This document shows positions 45,324 through 55,681 of a stretch of DNA of 64,000 bases, in pieces (positions within the stretch are counted from its first letter, which is position 1; the number at the start of each line of letters is the position of its first letter). The notes beneath the pieces were generated by a model. That model saw nothing but the letters and a program-made list of their open reading frames with translations. It was not told where the DNA came from and did no database searches. The DNA comes from an uncultured archaeon (GTDB lineage: Archaea; Aenigmatarchaeota; Aenigmatarchaeia; PWEA01; JAGHBM01): contig CAZXFI010000003.1 in NCBI GenBank assembly GCA_964640225.1, forward strand, positions 3,442 to 67,441, in the 5' to 3' direction. Both the position numbers and the translations under genes were made by a program.

Positions 45324-47666
45324 GTGATGTACATGACGAAAAATTCTATACTTATGGTTAGGGATATTGACGACTCAATAGAAGATTTCTGCGCCGTTGA
45401 CAGGAACAACATAAATTTCTGGCTCTCGCAACTGGAGAGGTACAGTCCCAAGAAAGTTGAGGCAATATGCCTTCAGGTGGGGACGGACAAGAATATCGCA
45501 AGGGAAATAGCAAACGAGATAGACACGTACGCCGACAACCGGGTAAGAATGTCGGAAATCAGGCCCCTTGTGTTCACGCTTCTTCAGAAAAAAGACCCCA
45601 GCGCCGCGAAAAGATTCAGGGCCGGCGATGTTTTCGTAAGAACCTCCACGCAGTTGTTTGAGAGGTTCAACAGGGAAAAGATAGCGGAGTCCCTTCTCAA
45701 CGAGAGCGAGATAGACGAAAAGGAAGCGGAAAACATAGCCGAGGACGTGGAAAAATTCATAAGGAAGTCAAGCCTGGACTACATCTCGTCACCGCTCATA
45801 AGGGAGATAGTCAACGCCAAGCTCATAGAGAGGGGGCTTGAGACTGCCAGAAGAAGGTATACGAGAGTGGGCCTCCCCGTTTTTGACATAACCAAGCTGA
45901 TAAACGAGGGAACCAAGGAGAATGCAAACCTTCAGTACAACCCGGAGACAATACACAAGCTCATGGGGGACAAGATGATGAAGGAGTATACTCTGACAAA
46001 AATCCTGCCCATGAACCTTGCCGACGCGCACATGAACGGCCAGGTCCATATCCACGACCTGGATTACTTCCCCATAAGGCCTTTCTGTTTTTCCCATGAC
46101 ATAAGGTTCTTCCTGAAAAGAGGCTTCAAGCCGGACGGAACCGGGGACCACGCGACCATAGCGGGACCGGCCAAAACCCCGGAGGTGGCCTTCCTTCACG
46201 CGGCAAAGGTGCTGGCGGCGGCCCAGACCAACTGCGCGGGGGGGCAGGGTTTCTCCTACTTCAACACTTTCCTGGCTCCCGTGATAAGGGGGTTGAGCTA
46301 CAAGCAGGTGAAGCAGCTTGCACAGATGTTTATTTTTGAAATGGGGCAGATGTACGTGGCCAGGGGAGGCCAGACTGTGTTCTCTTCAATAGACCTTGAC
46401 ATGACCGTGCCCAAGGTTTTCAGGGACATACCCGCCGTGCATCTTGGCGGAAAAACCAACGGGGAAACCTACGCCAATTACGAGGACGAGGTTAGGACGC
46501 TTTTCAACGCCTTCCTGGACGTGTATTCAGGCGGGGACTACCAGGGCAAGCCCTTCAACTTCCCGAAGTTTGAAGTTCAGATATACCCCAAGGACTTCAA
46601 GAACGGTAAGTTTGACGACGAGCTGATGAAGGTATCGGAGCTGGCCGCCAAGTTCGGCACGCCCTATTATATAATAAACCAGCCTTACATGCCCGACTTC
46701 GCGTGCTACCAGTGCTGCGCCTACCTGATGCCTCTGGACAAGTCCATTGACATAAACGACCTGGAAAACGAGACGGTGAGGGGCGGCTCGCTTCAGGTGG
46801 TTACAATAAACCTGCCCCAGATTGCCTACGAGGCCAGGGGCAACGACGCGAAGTTTTTTGAGATTCTGGACGAGAGGATGGAAAAGGCGAAGAAAGTAAT
46901 GATATTAAGGCGCGAGATAATAGAGAGAAACCTGAAAAACGGCATGCTTCCGTTCCTGAACCAGAGAGTAAACGAAAAAGAGAGGTATTTTGAGCCGGAC
47001 AAGCAGAGCTACACGATAGGGCTCGTGGGAATAAACGAGATGGCTGCGTTCCACCTGGGGGAGGAGCTGCATGAATCAAAGAAGGCGTGGATGTTCGGGC
47101 TGAAAGTTATGAAGCACATGAAGGATGTAGTGGCAAGGTTCCGGGAAGAGACAGGCATGAACTTCGCTCTTGCCAGAACCCCCGCGGAATCAACCGCCTA
47201 CCGCCTGGCCACGATTGACAGGAAGGTTTACGGAGACAGGGCCATAGTACAGGGAGACCCGGTTACAAAATCAATTTACTACACCAATTCCTTCCACGTA
47301 AGGCCGAATGCCGACATACCTCTTTTTGACAGGATGAAAATAGAAGGCTCTTTCCACCCGCTGACCGACGGAGGAGCCATGAGCCATGTGTGGCTTGGCG
47401 AGGCGCATCCGAATCCGGAAGCCATAATGGAGCTTACCAAGAAGATAGCCACGAAGACCGCAATCCAGTACATGGCCTACACCAAGGACCTGACCATATG
47501 CGAGAGCTGTGGTTTTGTTACCGGGGGGCTTCACAGCAACTGCACTAAATGCAAGAGCGAAAGGGTGCAAAACTGGTCCCGTATCACCGGCTACTACCAG
47601 AATGTAAAGGGATGGGACAAGGGAAAGCTGGCGGAGCTCAGGGACAGGAGAAGATACGGTGTTTAA
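45324..47666 (+). CDS. nrdD: Anaerobic ribonucleoside-triphosphate reductase (class III, NrdD)
   Basis: C-terminal Cys4 Zn site CxxC...CxxC, followed by the glycyl-radical motif RITGYY. Confidence 0.9.
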   Translation: MMYMTKNSILMVRDIDDSIEDFCAVDRNNINFWLSQLERYSPKKVEAICLQVGTDKNIAREIANEIDTYADNRVRMSEIRPLVFTLLQKKDPSAAKRFRAGDVFVRTSTQLFERFNREKIAESLLNESEIDEKEAENIAEDVEKFIRKSSLDYISSPLIREIVNAKLIERGLETARRRYTRVGLPVFDITKLINEGTKENANLQYNPETIHKLMGDKMMKEYTLTKILPMNLADAHMNGQVHIHDLDYFPIRPFCFSHDIRFFLKRGFKPDGTGDHATIAGPAKTPEVAFLHAAKVLAAAQTNCAGGQGFSYFNTFLAPVIRGLSYKQVKQLAQMFIFEMGQMYVARGGQTVFSSIDLDMTVPKVFRDIPAVHLGGKTNGETYANYEDEVRTLFNAFLDVYSGGDYQGKPFNFPKFEVQIYPKDFKNGKFDDELMKVSELAAKFGTPYYIINQPYMPDFACYQCCAYLMPLDKSIDINDLENETVRGGSLQVVTINLPQIAYEARGNDAKFFEILDERMEKAKKVMILRREIIERNLKNGMLPFLNQRVNEKERYFEPDKQSYTIGLVGINEMAAFHLGEELHESKKAWMFGLKVMKHMKDVVARFREETGMNFALARTPAESTAYRLATIDRKVYGDRAIVQGDPVTKSIYYTNSFHVRPNADIPLFDRMKIEGSFHPLTDGGAMSHVWLGEAHPNPEAIMELTKKIATKTAIQYMAYTKDLTICESCGFVTGGLHSNCTKCKSERVQNWSRITGYYQNVKGWDKGKLAELRDRRRYGV

Positions 47667-47670
47667 TTTT

Positions 47671-48036
47671 ATGCTTATTCTATATACAGGAACCAAATGC
47701 CCGAAATGCCCTCCAGCAAGGAAGGTGGTCAGGGAAGCGGCGAAAGATTTGGGATGGGCGGAAGGAAAGGATTTTGTGGAAAAGCTGATAGATGGAAAGG
47801 ACCTTAATCCCGGAAAAACAAAGCTGGAAGGCGAAGAATACCATCTGGTTGCCTCTGTCGCTGACATAACGCCGGAAAAGGTACCGGCCGCGCTTGTGGG
47901 CGACGATTTCTCTATGGAGGCTCTAATGTACCAGGTGGCCTCCACGCCGTCCATAGTAATAGAAGAGGAGGCTGTTTTCATCGGTGAAATTCCCTCCAAG
48001 GAAGAGCTCATAAAGGCGGTTAAAGAGCGTGTCTGA
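47671..48036 (+). CDS. Thioredoxin-fold redoxin (NrdH/glutaredoxin-like, CPKC active site)
   Basis: MLILYTGTKCPKCP N-terminus. Located between nrdD and nrdG. Confidence 0.5.
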   Translation: MLILYTGTKCPKCPPARKVVREAAKDLGWAEGKDFVEKLIDGKDLNPGKTKLEGEEYHLVASVADITPEKVPAALVGDDFSMEALMYQVASTPSIVIEEEAVFIGEIPSKEELIKAVKERV

Positions 48037-48765
48037 ATGAAAATTAAAACGGGCGGAATCCTTGACATGTCCACGGTAGACTACCCCGGCAGGCTGGCTT
48101 CCGTTATGTTTTTTTATGGATGCAACTTCAGGTGCCCTTTCTGCTACAACACGGAGCTTGTGGAGGGGGAGAAGTACATTGAGCCCACGGTGGAGGAAGT
48201 CCTGAAAAGGATAAGAAAGAACAGGGAATTCATAAATGCGGTGGTTATAACAGGCGGAGAGCCAACCCTTCAGCCGGAAGGGCTTGAAGAAGTTTGCTCG
48301 GGCCTGAAAGGGCTTAAATTACTGGTTAAACTGGACACAAACGGCTACAATCCCGATGTCGTTGAAAAGCTTCTGAAGAAAGGCCTTCTGGACTTTGTTT
48401 CCATGGACATAAAGACTTCGCCCCGCCACTATAACAAGCTCTCGGGCATAGAGTGCGATATAACCAGGATAGCCAAAACAATCGGTATTCTCAGGGACTC
48501 TGAAACTGATTACGAGCTAAGAACCACGATAATTCCCGGAATTAACGACAGCGTAGAGGAAATAAATGAAATATGTAGCTTCATAAAGCCGGCCGGGACT
48601 TATGTTTTGCAGCAGTTCAGGCCCGGAGAGGGCACGCTGAACAAAAGTTTATCTAATTTGCCCAAAATGGACAGGGACAATATTGTAAAACTGGCTGAAA
48701 CGGCAAAAAAAACAGGCCTTAAAGTCAAAATAAGAACGGAAGAGCAGGGAGAAGAGGAACTTTAA
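48037..48765 (+). CDS. nrdG: Anaerobic RNR-activating radical-SAM protein (NrdG)
   Basis: CNFRCPFCYN radical-SAM cluster motif. Confidence 0.85.
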   Translation: MKIKTGGILDMSTVDYPGRLASVMFFYGCNFRCPFCYNTELVEGEKYIEPTVEEVLKRIRKNREFINAVVITGGEPTLQPEGLEEVCSGLKGLKLLVKLDTNGYNPDVVEKLLKKGLLDFVSMDIKTSPRHYNKLSGIECDITRIAKTIGILRDSETDYELRTTIIPGINDSVEEINEICSFIKPAGTYVLQQFRPGEGTLNKSLSNLPKMDRDNIVKLAETAKKTGLKVKIRTEEQGEEEL

Positions 48766-48810
48766 AGGATTTAAACTACAATTACCATAGGTTTTATTGA
48801 ACACCGTTCA

Positions 48811-49146
48811 ATGCATAAGGGAAAGATTTTTATGCCACAAAAAAAGCAGGATTTGCAGAAAATAAAAAGGATTTTAAGGGTTCTTTTGGCAAATCCGGAT
48901 GGTATATGGCTTAGAAAGATATCCAGAGAGTCAAAACTGCCCCTTTCCACGGTACACTATTATTTAGAGAATATAATGGTGAATATGGTAGAAAACATAG
49001 GCGCCAGGGACGAAGAAGGCCGTTTCTTCGGTGTAAGGCTTATAAGACTTAAAAACGGGCTTTTTAACCAGCTTAACAACGGAGACCTGGATTCAAGTCT
49101 CAGAAAGGTAATCAAAACCAACGAGATACTCTCAGATTTGGGTTAG
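48811..49146 (+). CDS. Small winged-helix DNA-binding protein
   Basis: wHTH (LRKISRESKLPLSTVHYYLENI). Confidence 0.45.
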   Translation: MHKGKIFMPQKKQDLQKIKRILRVLLANPDGIWLRKISRESKLPLSTVHYYLENIMVNMVENIGARDEEGRFFGVRLIRLKNGLFNQLNNGDLDSSLRKVIKTNEILSDLG

Positions 49147-49149
49147 GTC

Positions 49150-49560
49150 CCGGGAATCACAAACCTTCCAGTCTCACATTAACTCTCACATTTGAAACAA
49201 AAGACTAACATTTACTCCCAAAAACCCGAAAAACCTCACTTTTCTCCCCGGGTTTTCAAACCTCACTCTTTTCCTCCCTAATAAGGACCCAAAAACACTC
49301 ACATTTCCTTTCTTAACTCATCTAAATGAACTTGAAGCGGGTTGTTTACCGGATAAATTAGCGGATGGCTCACATTTTGCATATTATCCTGCGAAAAATT
49401 CCAATTTTCATCCTTCTCAATGGCCAATATAATCGGGTTTATAGGGCTAAATACTCACATTTGGCCTAAATAGCCTAGTTTAACTTCCACAACCCCGTGT
49501 TTTATTCAGAATGATTAACTCACATAACCAATCCAGTTCCGTCAAATCTCTCCAGCGCTT
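49150..49560. repeat. Non-coding array of roughly 8 CTCAC(A/T)TT(T) iterons
   Basis: CTCACATTT-like 9-mers recur at irregular spacing. No ORF over 60 aa on either strand. Confidence 0.5.
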
Positions 49561-49903
49561 AAAACCTTCACGTAAGGTATTCACATACTATTCACATATC
49601 CTTCACATTAATACCTTCACGTTCACGTGAACGCACAATATTGCATCATTAATCAAAACTTTCCATAAAACCCTTCACAAAGTATTCACGTGAACCTTCA
49701 CGTTTTAATAAAAATTTTCACAAACCCTTCACATGATATTCACATATTATTCACAAATTCACAAAACCTTCACAAAATATTCACGTGAAATTCACGTGAA
49801 GGTGTGAATAAATATAAGGAAGATTTGTCACAAATTAACCTTCACATTTAAATATTCACGTGAACTTATTTAAGGTAAGTAAGCTTCACGTGAAGGTGTT
49901 TTA
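49561..49903. repeat. Dense array of TTCAC(G/A)T / palindromic TTCACGTGAA (mini-ORB-like) iterons
   Basis: About 20 copies of TTCAC(R)T. 6 perfect TTCACGTGAA palindromes. Two TTCACGTGAAGGTGT elements next to the downstream gene. Confidence 0.6.
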
Positions 49904-51040
49904 GTGATAGAAGACTACGAAAAAAACCTTGAAAACTGGCTTAATCGGCTGAACTGGAAAGAAAACCCCTTCACGCTGAAAATAGACCCCCTGCTTTACG
50001 TGGGCTACCAGGACCAGCTAAAGCGCCTTATAAACCACATACGCGAGGGGCACAAGGTCGCCCTGATAACAGGCTCAACGGGTTCGGGGAAGACTACCAC
50101 TCTAAAGCTCATGGAAAGGGACTTGGACAGCAGTTACGAGGTTATTTACATCTCCAAACCCCCCAGAAAGGAGGATTTGGTGGACATATTCCTTTCCAGA
50201 TTCAGACCTTCCATTCTTCAGAGAATTTTCGGCGTGAATGTGAGCCTTCACAACCTTCACGTGTACCTGAACAAAAAACTGGGCCAGAAAAGGCTCCTTG
50301 TGCTCCTGGACGAGACTCACGAGGCGGATGTGGATGTCTTGAAGTGGTTCAGGACGCTTTGCGACCAAATAGAGGGAATGCAGCTTATAATGGCGGGATT
50401 GTCCACGGTTGATGTTGTTCTGAAGGACATAGAAACGCTAAGAAGCAGGATAATAACCCATATAGAACTCTTAAACCTTACACGTGAAGATTCACGTGAA
50501 CTTATAAAGAAAAGGATAGAGAGCGTGGGAGGCAACGACATAAGCCCCTTCACGGACAACTGCGTGAAGGAAATATACCAGATTACGGGGGGATTTCCCA
50601 GGGAAGTGCTTAAAATATGCGACAAGCTTGTTCAGAAGGCGATTGAGGAGAACAGGATGGAGATAAACCGGACGGAAGGTCTTAAATGTGAGACTTCGGA
50701 GCCCGGGGAGCCGGAAGAGGCTGTACCGGCATATTCAGGGGGCCCGGAGACCGCGGAAAAGGAAGAGAAGGGGCCCCCGAGCAAGGATTTCGTGAAGAGT
50801 CTGCCCTACAAGCAGAGAAAAATAATACTTCTTCTGTCGGAGGAAGGTGAGCTATTTCCGTCTGAACTGGCGGAGAAACTGGGGATTGAAAAATACAAGT
50901 CCAAGCAGCATGCCGTCAGATCGGTCAACAACATACTCAAGAGGCTCTCCGGAATGGGATACGTGGACAGGAAGCCGAGGGGAAAGGGGTTTGTCTATTC
51001 CCTGAACCTGAAGACAAAAAATCTGCTTATAAAGAGCTGA
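49904..51040 (+). CDS. AAA+ ATPase (ExeA/AAA_22-like, ORC-related) with a C-terminal winged helix
   Basis: ENPF motif, Walker A GSTGSGKTT, Walker B LLDETHE, C-terminal wHTH. GTG start after an AAGGTG purine tract. Confidence 0.6.
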   Translation: MIEDYEKNLENWLNRLNWKENPFTLKIDPLLYVGYQDQLKRLINHIREGHKVALITGSTGSGKTTTLKLMERDLDSSYEVIYISKPPRKEDLVDIFLSRFRPSILQRIFGVNVSLHNLHVYLNKKLGQKRLLVLLDETHEADVDVLKWFRTLCDQIEGMQLIMAGLSTVDVVLKDIETLRSRIITHIELLNLTREDSRELIKKRIESVGGNDISPFTDNCVKEIYQITGGFPREVLKICDKLVQKAIEENRMEINRTEGLKCETSEPGEPEEAVPAYSGGPETAEKEEKGPPSKDFVKSLPYKQRKIILLLSEEGELFPSELAEKLGIEKYKSKQHAVRSVNNILKRLSGMGYVDRKPRGKGFVYSLNLKTKNLLIKS

Positions 51041-51045
51041 TAAAT

Positions 51046-51576
51046 GTGCTGATTCTTCTTGTCGGCCTGACATCATCGGGAAAAAGCACGGCGGCCGAAA
51101 TACTCCGGGAAATGGGCTTTTCAGTTGCCTCCACCGGTGACGTTATAAGGGAGGAAATAAGAAACAGGGGCCTTGAGTACGACAAGAAAAACGACCTGGA
51201 GGTCTCAAAGTGGTTCAACGAGGGAAGGGAAGAGCTGGTCGTAAGAAGGCTTCTTCATATGCTGAGCGGGAAAAGGATGGCCTTGGACGGAATAAGGAGT
51301 CCGGAGATGCTGGAAAAGCTTGAGGAAACAGCCGGCGAGCGGCCGGTCATAGTGGCCATAAAGGCGGATTTTGACTCAAGGTTCAGGAGGGAATGTGAGA
51401 GAAAGAAGTTCGTCGGATTCACCAGGGAAGACATGAGAAAAAGGGACAACACACACCTGGGTATGGGAACAAGGGAATTAATGGAAAAGGCCGACTTCAC
51501 GATAGACAATACAAATCTCACAAAGGAGGAGCTTCGCAGGGAATTAAAGGGAATCGTGGAGAGTACAAACATATAA
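51046..51576 (+). CDS. P-loop nucleotide kinase (dephospho-CoA-kinase-like / UPF0200-like)
   Basis: LVGLTSSGKST P-loop at the N-terminus. GTG start. Confidence 0.5.
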   Translation: MLILLVGLTSSGKSTAAEILREMGFSVASTGDVIREEIRNRGLEYDKKNDLEVSKWFNEGREELVVRRLLHMLSGKRMALDGIRSPEMLEKLEETAGERPVIVAIKADFDSRFRRECERKKFVGFTREDMRKRDNTHLGMGTRELMEKADFTIDNTNLTKEELRRELKGIVESTNI

Positions 51577-51622
51577 ATTTAAGCGTGCAAATACTATAGG
51601 TAATAATCCTAGGGGTGATTTT

Positions 51623-51880
51623 TTGGATAACGTAAAAGGAAAAGAGCTTATGGGAAAAATACTGGTAAGCGACGAAACTGGAAGAAAATTTGGCGTAGTG
51701 GGTGACGTTAGTTTCATCACAGAATCAGGGGAGCTTATGAATGTGGTTCTTGTTGATCCCACAAAATACGTTGCCGAGCTGAATGTGCAGGAAGACGAGC
51801 ACGGAAGATACCTGGTGCCCTTTTCAGCGGTAAAGGCTGTCGGGGAATTCGTGATAGTTTCAGAAAAGGACATAATCTAG
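51623..51880 (+). CDS. PRC-barrel domain protein
   Basis: GKxVxxxxGxxxGxVxDV pattern. Confidence 0.55.
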   Translation: MDNVKGKELMGKILVSDETGRKFGVVGDVSFITESGELMNVVLVDPTKYVAELNVQEDEHGRYLVPFSAVKAVGEFVIVSEKDII

Positions 51881-52134
51881 AAGAAGTCCTTTTCGTCCCT
51901 TCTGCTTCTCTTAACTATGGCCATGCCCAGGAATATGAAAAACAGCGGCAAAACCCATGAGGCGGCGCTGGCCACCATTAGAACGGTTATGTCCTTACTC
52001 AGCTCGGATTTGACCAGGGAATTTACAAGCATCTTTCCCATGTCGGACTTGGATTCCCCGAATGCAAAGAAGAAATTGAAGGCAAGGATTATCAGTCCTG
52101 TCAAAACCAGCTCAATACCCGTCCCCCTTTTCAT
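51877..52134 (-). CDS. Small 2-TM membrane protein
   Basis: Hydrophobic 85-aa ORF. The ATGA overlaps the radA stop. Confidence 0.35.
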   Translation of the reverse strand: MKRGTGIELVLTGLIILAFNFFFAFGESKSDMGKMLVNSLVKSELSKDITVLMVASAASWVLPLFFIFLGMAIVKRSRRDEKDFF

Positions 52135-53135
52135 TTGGCGTCCCCTATGCCTTTTTCATCAACCACAAAAACACATTCGCCTTCAGGCAGGTAGGGTGAA
52201 TCTATAAGCCTTGCTATCCGTTTGTTCCCCTTGCTTTTTCTGAGATACAGACGGAAAGTGGCCTGGTGACCCAGAACGTGCCCCCCTATAGGAGAGGTGG
52301 GGTTTCCGAAAAGTATTCCCGGGTTCGCCATGACCTGGTTTGTTATGTATACGGCTGCGTTGTGCACGTCCGCAAGCTTTTGAAGGGCGTGAAGATGCCT
52401 GTTGAGCTTTTGCTGCCTGGGTGCAAGGGTTCCCCTGCCCGCGTAATCGCTCCTGAACTGGGAGGTCACGGAGTCAACTATTATCAGGCCCACGTTTCTC
52501 TTGTCCATTTCCTCCTTCAGCTTGTCCACGAGAAGAATCTGGTGGTCCGAATTGTAGGCCCTGGCAACGTAAATTCCTTTCAGAACCTTGTTTTCGTCCA
52601 TGCCCTTGGATTTTGCTATCTGGATTATGCGCTCGGGCCTGAAGGTCCCTTCGGTGTCTATGAAGAACGCGTTTTTTTTCATTCCGCCCTCTTCCTTGGG
52701 CAGCTGGACATTGACGGCCAGCTGGAAAGCGAGCTGGCTTTTTGCGGAGCCGAAAGCCCCGTGGGCTTCTACTATGGACTGGGTTTCCACGCCTCCGCCG
52801 AGAAGCTCGTCCAGCGTCTTGGAACCTGTCGTGATTTTGCCTATTTTGCCCCTTTTTTTCATCAGCTTCTCCGCGGTTTCAAAGCCCATGTCAAGCGCTT
52901 CCCGGGCCGCCTGTATGATTTTTGAGGCGGTGGCATCGCCTATCTCAAGCCTTTCGGAAAGCTCGGAGGATGCGGAAGCCGCAACGCTCATAAGGTCGTG
53001 GTAGCCGCTTTCTTTCATCCTTTCCGCGGTCTTTTCCCCCACGCCGGGAAGCTCCGCTATGTTTTTTATTTTCTTTTTCTCTTCTTTCGGTTCCGCGGTT
53101 TCTTCAACATTCTTTTTCCTTGGCATAATCCCCAC
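52131..53135 (-). CDS. radA: DNA repair and recombination protein RadA
   Basis: HhH N-domain, Walker [10 protein letters not shown], Walker B LIIVDS. Confidence 0.9.
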   Translation of the reverse strand: MGIMPRKKNVEETAEPKEEKKKIKNIAELPGVGEKTAERMKESGYHDLMSVAASASSELSERLEIGDATASKIIQAAREALDMGFETAEKLMKKRGKIGKITTGSKTLDELLGGGVETQSIVEAHGAFGSAKSQLAFQLAVNVQLPKEEGGMKKNAFFIDTEGTFRPERIIQIAKSKGMDENKVLKGIYVARAYNSDHQILLVDKLKEEMDKRNVGLIIVDSVTSQFRSDYAGRGTLAPRQQKLNRHLHALQKLADVHNAAVYITNQVMANPGILFGNPTSPIGGHVLGHQATFRLYLRKSKGNKRIARLIDSPYLPEGECVFVVDEKGIGDAK

Positions 53136-53137
53136 GA

Positions 53138-54130
53138 TTACTTTTTATCTTCAAGTTTATTTAAAATTGCCTTGGCTTCCTTCTCGGGGTCCACTTCTTT
53201 CACCTCGGAAGCCACGAATTCTATCCTTTCAAAAAACTTATTCACCTTTACCCTACCTCTTACAGCAAAATCCTTGCCAAGCCTTTCGTCCATTTTCTCC
53301 TTAAGGGGGCCGGTATCCTTGCCATTCCCGGCCAGCTTGTAGGCCTCGTCTGTTTTCATTCCCAGAATCTTTTCCGCATGTTCCCTGAAAAAAACAGCAC
53401 GGACGTTGCCGTAGCCGTCGTCCAGTATCCCGTTTATAACCAGCACGGGCTTTGGTTCCACCTTCCCGTGCTCCTCGCACTTCCCTTCGCTGATTTTGCC
53501 ATCGCACTTTGGGCAGACGAAATAAAACGGGTTTGAATCAAAGAACTGAACCATGGTCCCCCTTACTTCCGCGAACGAGCCCGCGACAAGGTCGCTTATT
53601 TTCATGCTCCGGGCATCGCTGCTTTTCACGTTTATGGAGGCCTCGGATTCTTTCAAAAGGCCCTTCTTGCCCAGCCTGACCTCGCAGCCCCCCATTCCGC
53701 TATCCTTGGTGTAGCCGTTGACTATTTCCACGACTTGGCCGGGTTTTATCTTGCCGCTTTCCACGGGCTCCACCTGCTCGTTCCAAAGCGACATTCTTGC
53801 CTGGCCCGTCTCGTCTCCTATAATCAGGTTCGCGACCTTGCCTTTCTTGCCGTCCTTTTCCCACTCTCTCGGCTCAAAAATCCTTACTATTTTTGCCGTA
53901 AGGCTTACGTTGTTCATTCCGGACAGGATATTGCCTATTTTAAGCTCTTTTGCGGTCCTTTCCAGAAGGTTCAGGCCAAGCTCTTTTGCGACTATGTGAG
54001 CCGCCCCTTCAGGAGAAATAAGGCCGGAGAACTCGTTTTCCTTCTCCTTAATCATATTCCTTACTTTATGCTCATCCAAATCGGTATTTTCAACTATTTT
54101 TTTTATTATCTCTTCAAAACTTCCGTACAT
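53138..54130 (-). CDS. rpa: Replication protein A (RPA) with OB folds and a Zn ribbon
   Basis: OB-fold repeats. CPKC...C..H zinc module. Confidence 0.8.
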   Translation of the reverse strand: MYGSFEEIIKKIVENTDLDEHKVRNMIKEKENEFSGLISPEGAAHIVAKELGLNLLERTAKELKIGNILSGMNNVSLTAKIVRIFEPREWEKDGKKGKVANLIIGDETGQARMSLWNEQVEPVESGKIKPGQVVEIVNGYTKDSGMGGCEVRLGKKGLLKESEASINVKSSDARSMKISDLVAGSFAEVRGTMVQFFDSNPFYFVCPKCDGKISEGKCEEHGKVEPKPVLVINGILDDGYGNVRAVFFREHAEKILGMKTDEAYKLAGNGKDTGPLKEKMDERLGKDFAVRGRVKVNKFFERIEFVASEVKEVDPEKEAKAILNKLEDKK

Positions 54131-54157
54131 AACACACCCACTTCAAAACAAGAAAAT

Positions 54158-54367
54158 TCAGAAGCCCTTTCTCTTGGCAAGCTTGACGTCCTTCGCCAGA
54201 ACAGTCTTTCTCCCGGCGTGCTTTGCCAGCGCGGCGGTTTCAGCGGCCAGTTCAAAGGCAACTTCCTCCAGAACGCCTGCAAACTCCTCGCAGGCCTCCC
54301 TGCTTACTCTGTTGGCACCGGCTTTCTTTAAAATCCTTTCAACGGGAGCTAAAGGCAAATCACTCAT
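54158..54367 (-). CDS. Archaeal histone (HMf family)
   Basis: 69-aa histone fold. LPLAPVERILKKAG...RKTVLAKDV pattern. Confidence 0.85.
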   Translation of the reverse strand: MSDLPLAPVERILKKAGANRVSREACEEFAGVLEEVAFELAAETAALAKHAGRKTVLAKDVKLAKRKGF

Positions 54368-54488
54368 CCAAACACCTCCGTATCTCTTATTTAACGGCCT
54401 TTCTATTTATAGGTTTTCCGGTCTTAAGTCTCACTTTTTTATATTCTGGCCTGCAATACTAAACAACTGTTTTTGGGGGAATATGTGA

Positions 54489-55514
54489 ATGGCGGGCAAG
54501 AAGGTTTTAGTGCTCTGCGTTGACAGGGACAACGACCTGGGAGAAAAGACAGGCATAAAGAGCCCAGTCATAGGAAGGGAGAACAACGTCAGGGCCGCGA
54601 CCAGGCTGGCCATAGCGGATCCGGGAGACGCCGATTCAAACACGATTTTTGAGGCAGTAAGAACTTACGACGGCCTTAAGAAGGAAAGGAAAGCGGAGAT
54701 AGCCACCGTTACAGGGGACAAGAGGCCGGGAATAAAGTCCGACGAAAAGATAGTCAGGGAGATGGACAAGGTCTTGAAAAAAGTCCGCACCAAGGACGTG
54801 GTGCTGGTAACGGACGGGATTGACGATGAAAGGATACTGCCTCTCATACAGAACAAAGTCAACATAATTTCCGTCAACAGGCTGGTTATTAAACAAAGCG
54901 AAAGGCTTGAAGGTATGTATTACATGGTTCACGATTTTATAGAAAACCCCAAGATGTCAAAGGTTGTTCTGGGCGTTCCCGCCCTGGCCCTGATTCTTTA
55001 CGCGCTCTTCGGCTCAACAGGGTGGAGGGCGATATTGGGGATACTGGGGCTTTACCTGCTGGTAAAGGGGTTCAAGCTGGAAGATACAATAATAAACTTC
55101 CTGAACGACCTGAGAACCACTGTGACAAAACGCAGGGTTGCTTTTTTCTTCTACATAGCATCCATAGCCGTTGCCATAATTGGCGTGAAGCTGGGCTACG
55201 ACTTCACCCAGACAATAGCGGCCAGGGATATTCTGGAGCTTTCCGCGTCTTTCATAAAAGGCTCCATATACGTTTTGTTCCTCTCGTGCCTTATTTTCAT
55301 AGTGGGAAGGATAATATCCCACGAGCCCGGAACCGGGGAAGCCTTCAAATACGTCACTTTAATGGCCCTGGGGTTCAGCATAACTCTCGTGTCGTCCGAA
55401 GCAGCCACAGTAATTCTCATGCCCGAGATGGGGATGAACGGCCTATTTACCTTCATAGTGTTCGGCTTTTTCATAGTGCTGGTTTCAATACTGTTTGAGA
55501 GGAAAATAACATAA
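54489..55514 (+). CDS. DUF373-family membrane protein
   Basis: KVLVLCVDRDNDLG N-terminus typical of DUF373, followed by a TM domain. Confidence 0.6.
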   Translation: MAGKKVLVLCVDRDNDLGEKTGIKSPVIGRENNVRAATRLAIADPGDADSNTIFEAVRTYDGLKKERKAEIATVTGDKRPGIKSDEKIVREMDKVLKKVRTKDVVLVTDGIDDERILPLIQNKVNIISVNRLVIKQSERLEGMYYMVHDFIENPKMSKVVLGVPALALILYALFGSTGWRAILGILGLYLLVKGFKLEDTIINFLNDLRTTVTKRRVAFFFYIASIAVAIIGVKLGYDFTQTIAARDILELSASFIKGSIYVLFLSCLIFIVGRIISHEPGTGEAFKYVTLMALGFSITLVSSEAATVILMPEMGMNGLFTFIVFGFFIVLVSILFERKIT

Positions 55515-55681
55515 AATATACTTTATAATATATATTTTTAAAAATATATTTTATAATATATCTATAATAAAACATATAATAAATAAAAACTATTAAAAAA
55601 TATATTTTATAAAATATATAATAAAAAAAATATAATAAACTTATAAATACTCTGGAAACAAAATAATAGGTAGGTGAAAAT
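55515..55681. repeat. Extremely AT-rich, low-complexity island (about 10% GC)
   Basis: ATATATTTTATAA-type motifs are repeated. Confidence 0.4.

Noticed and set aside
47271-48074. 267-aa ORF on the minus strand across nrdD 3' end and the redoxin
   Set aside because: Antisense shadow of two well-supported genes. Ser/Pro-rich.
49150-49903. Possible CRISPR array
   Set aside because: Repeats are only 9-11 nt with irregular 5-30 nt spacing and two different unit types. No cas genes. This fits iterons/ORB-like binding sites, not CRISPR.
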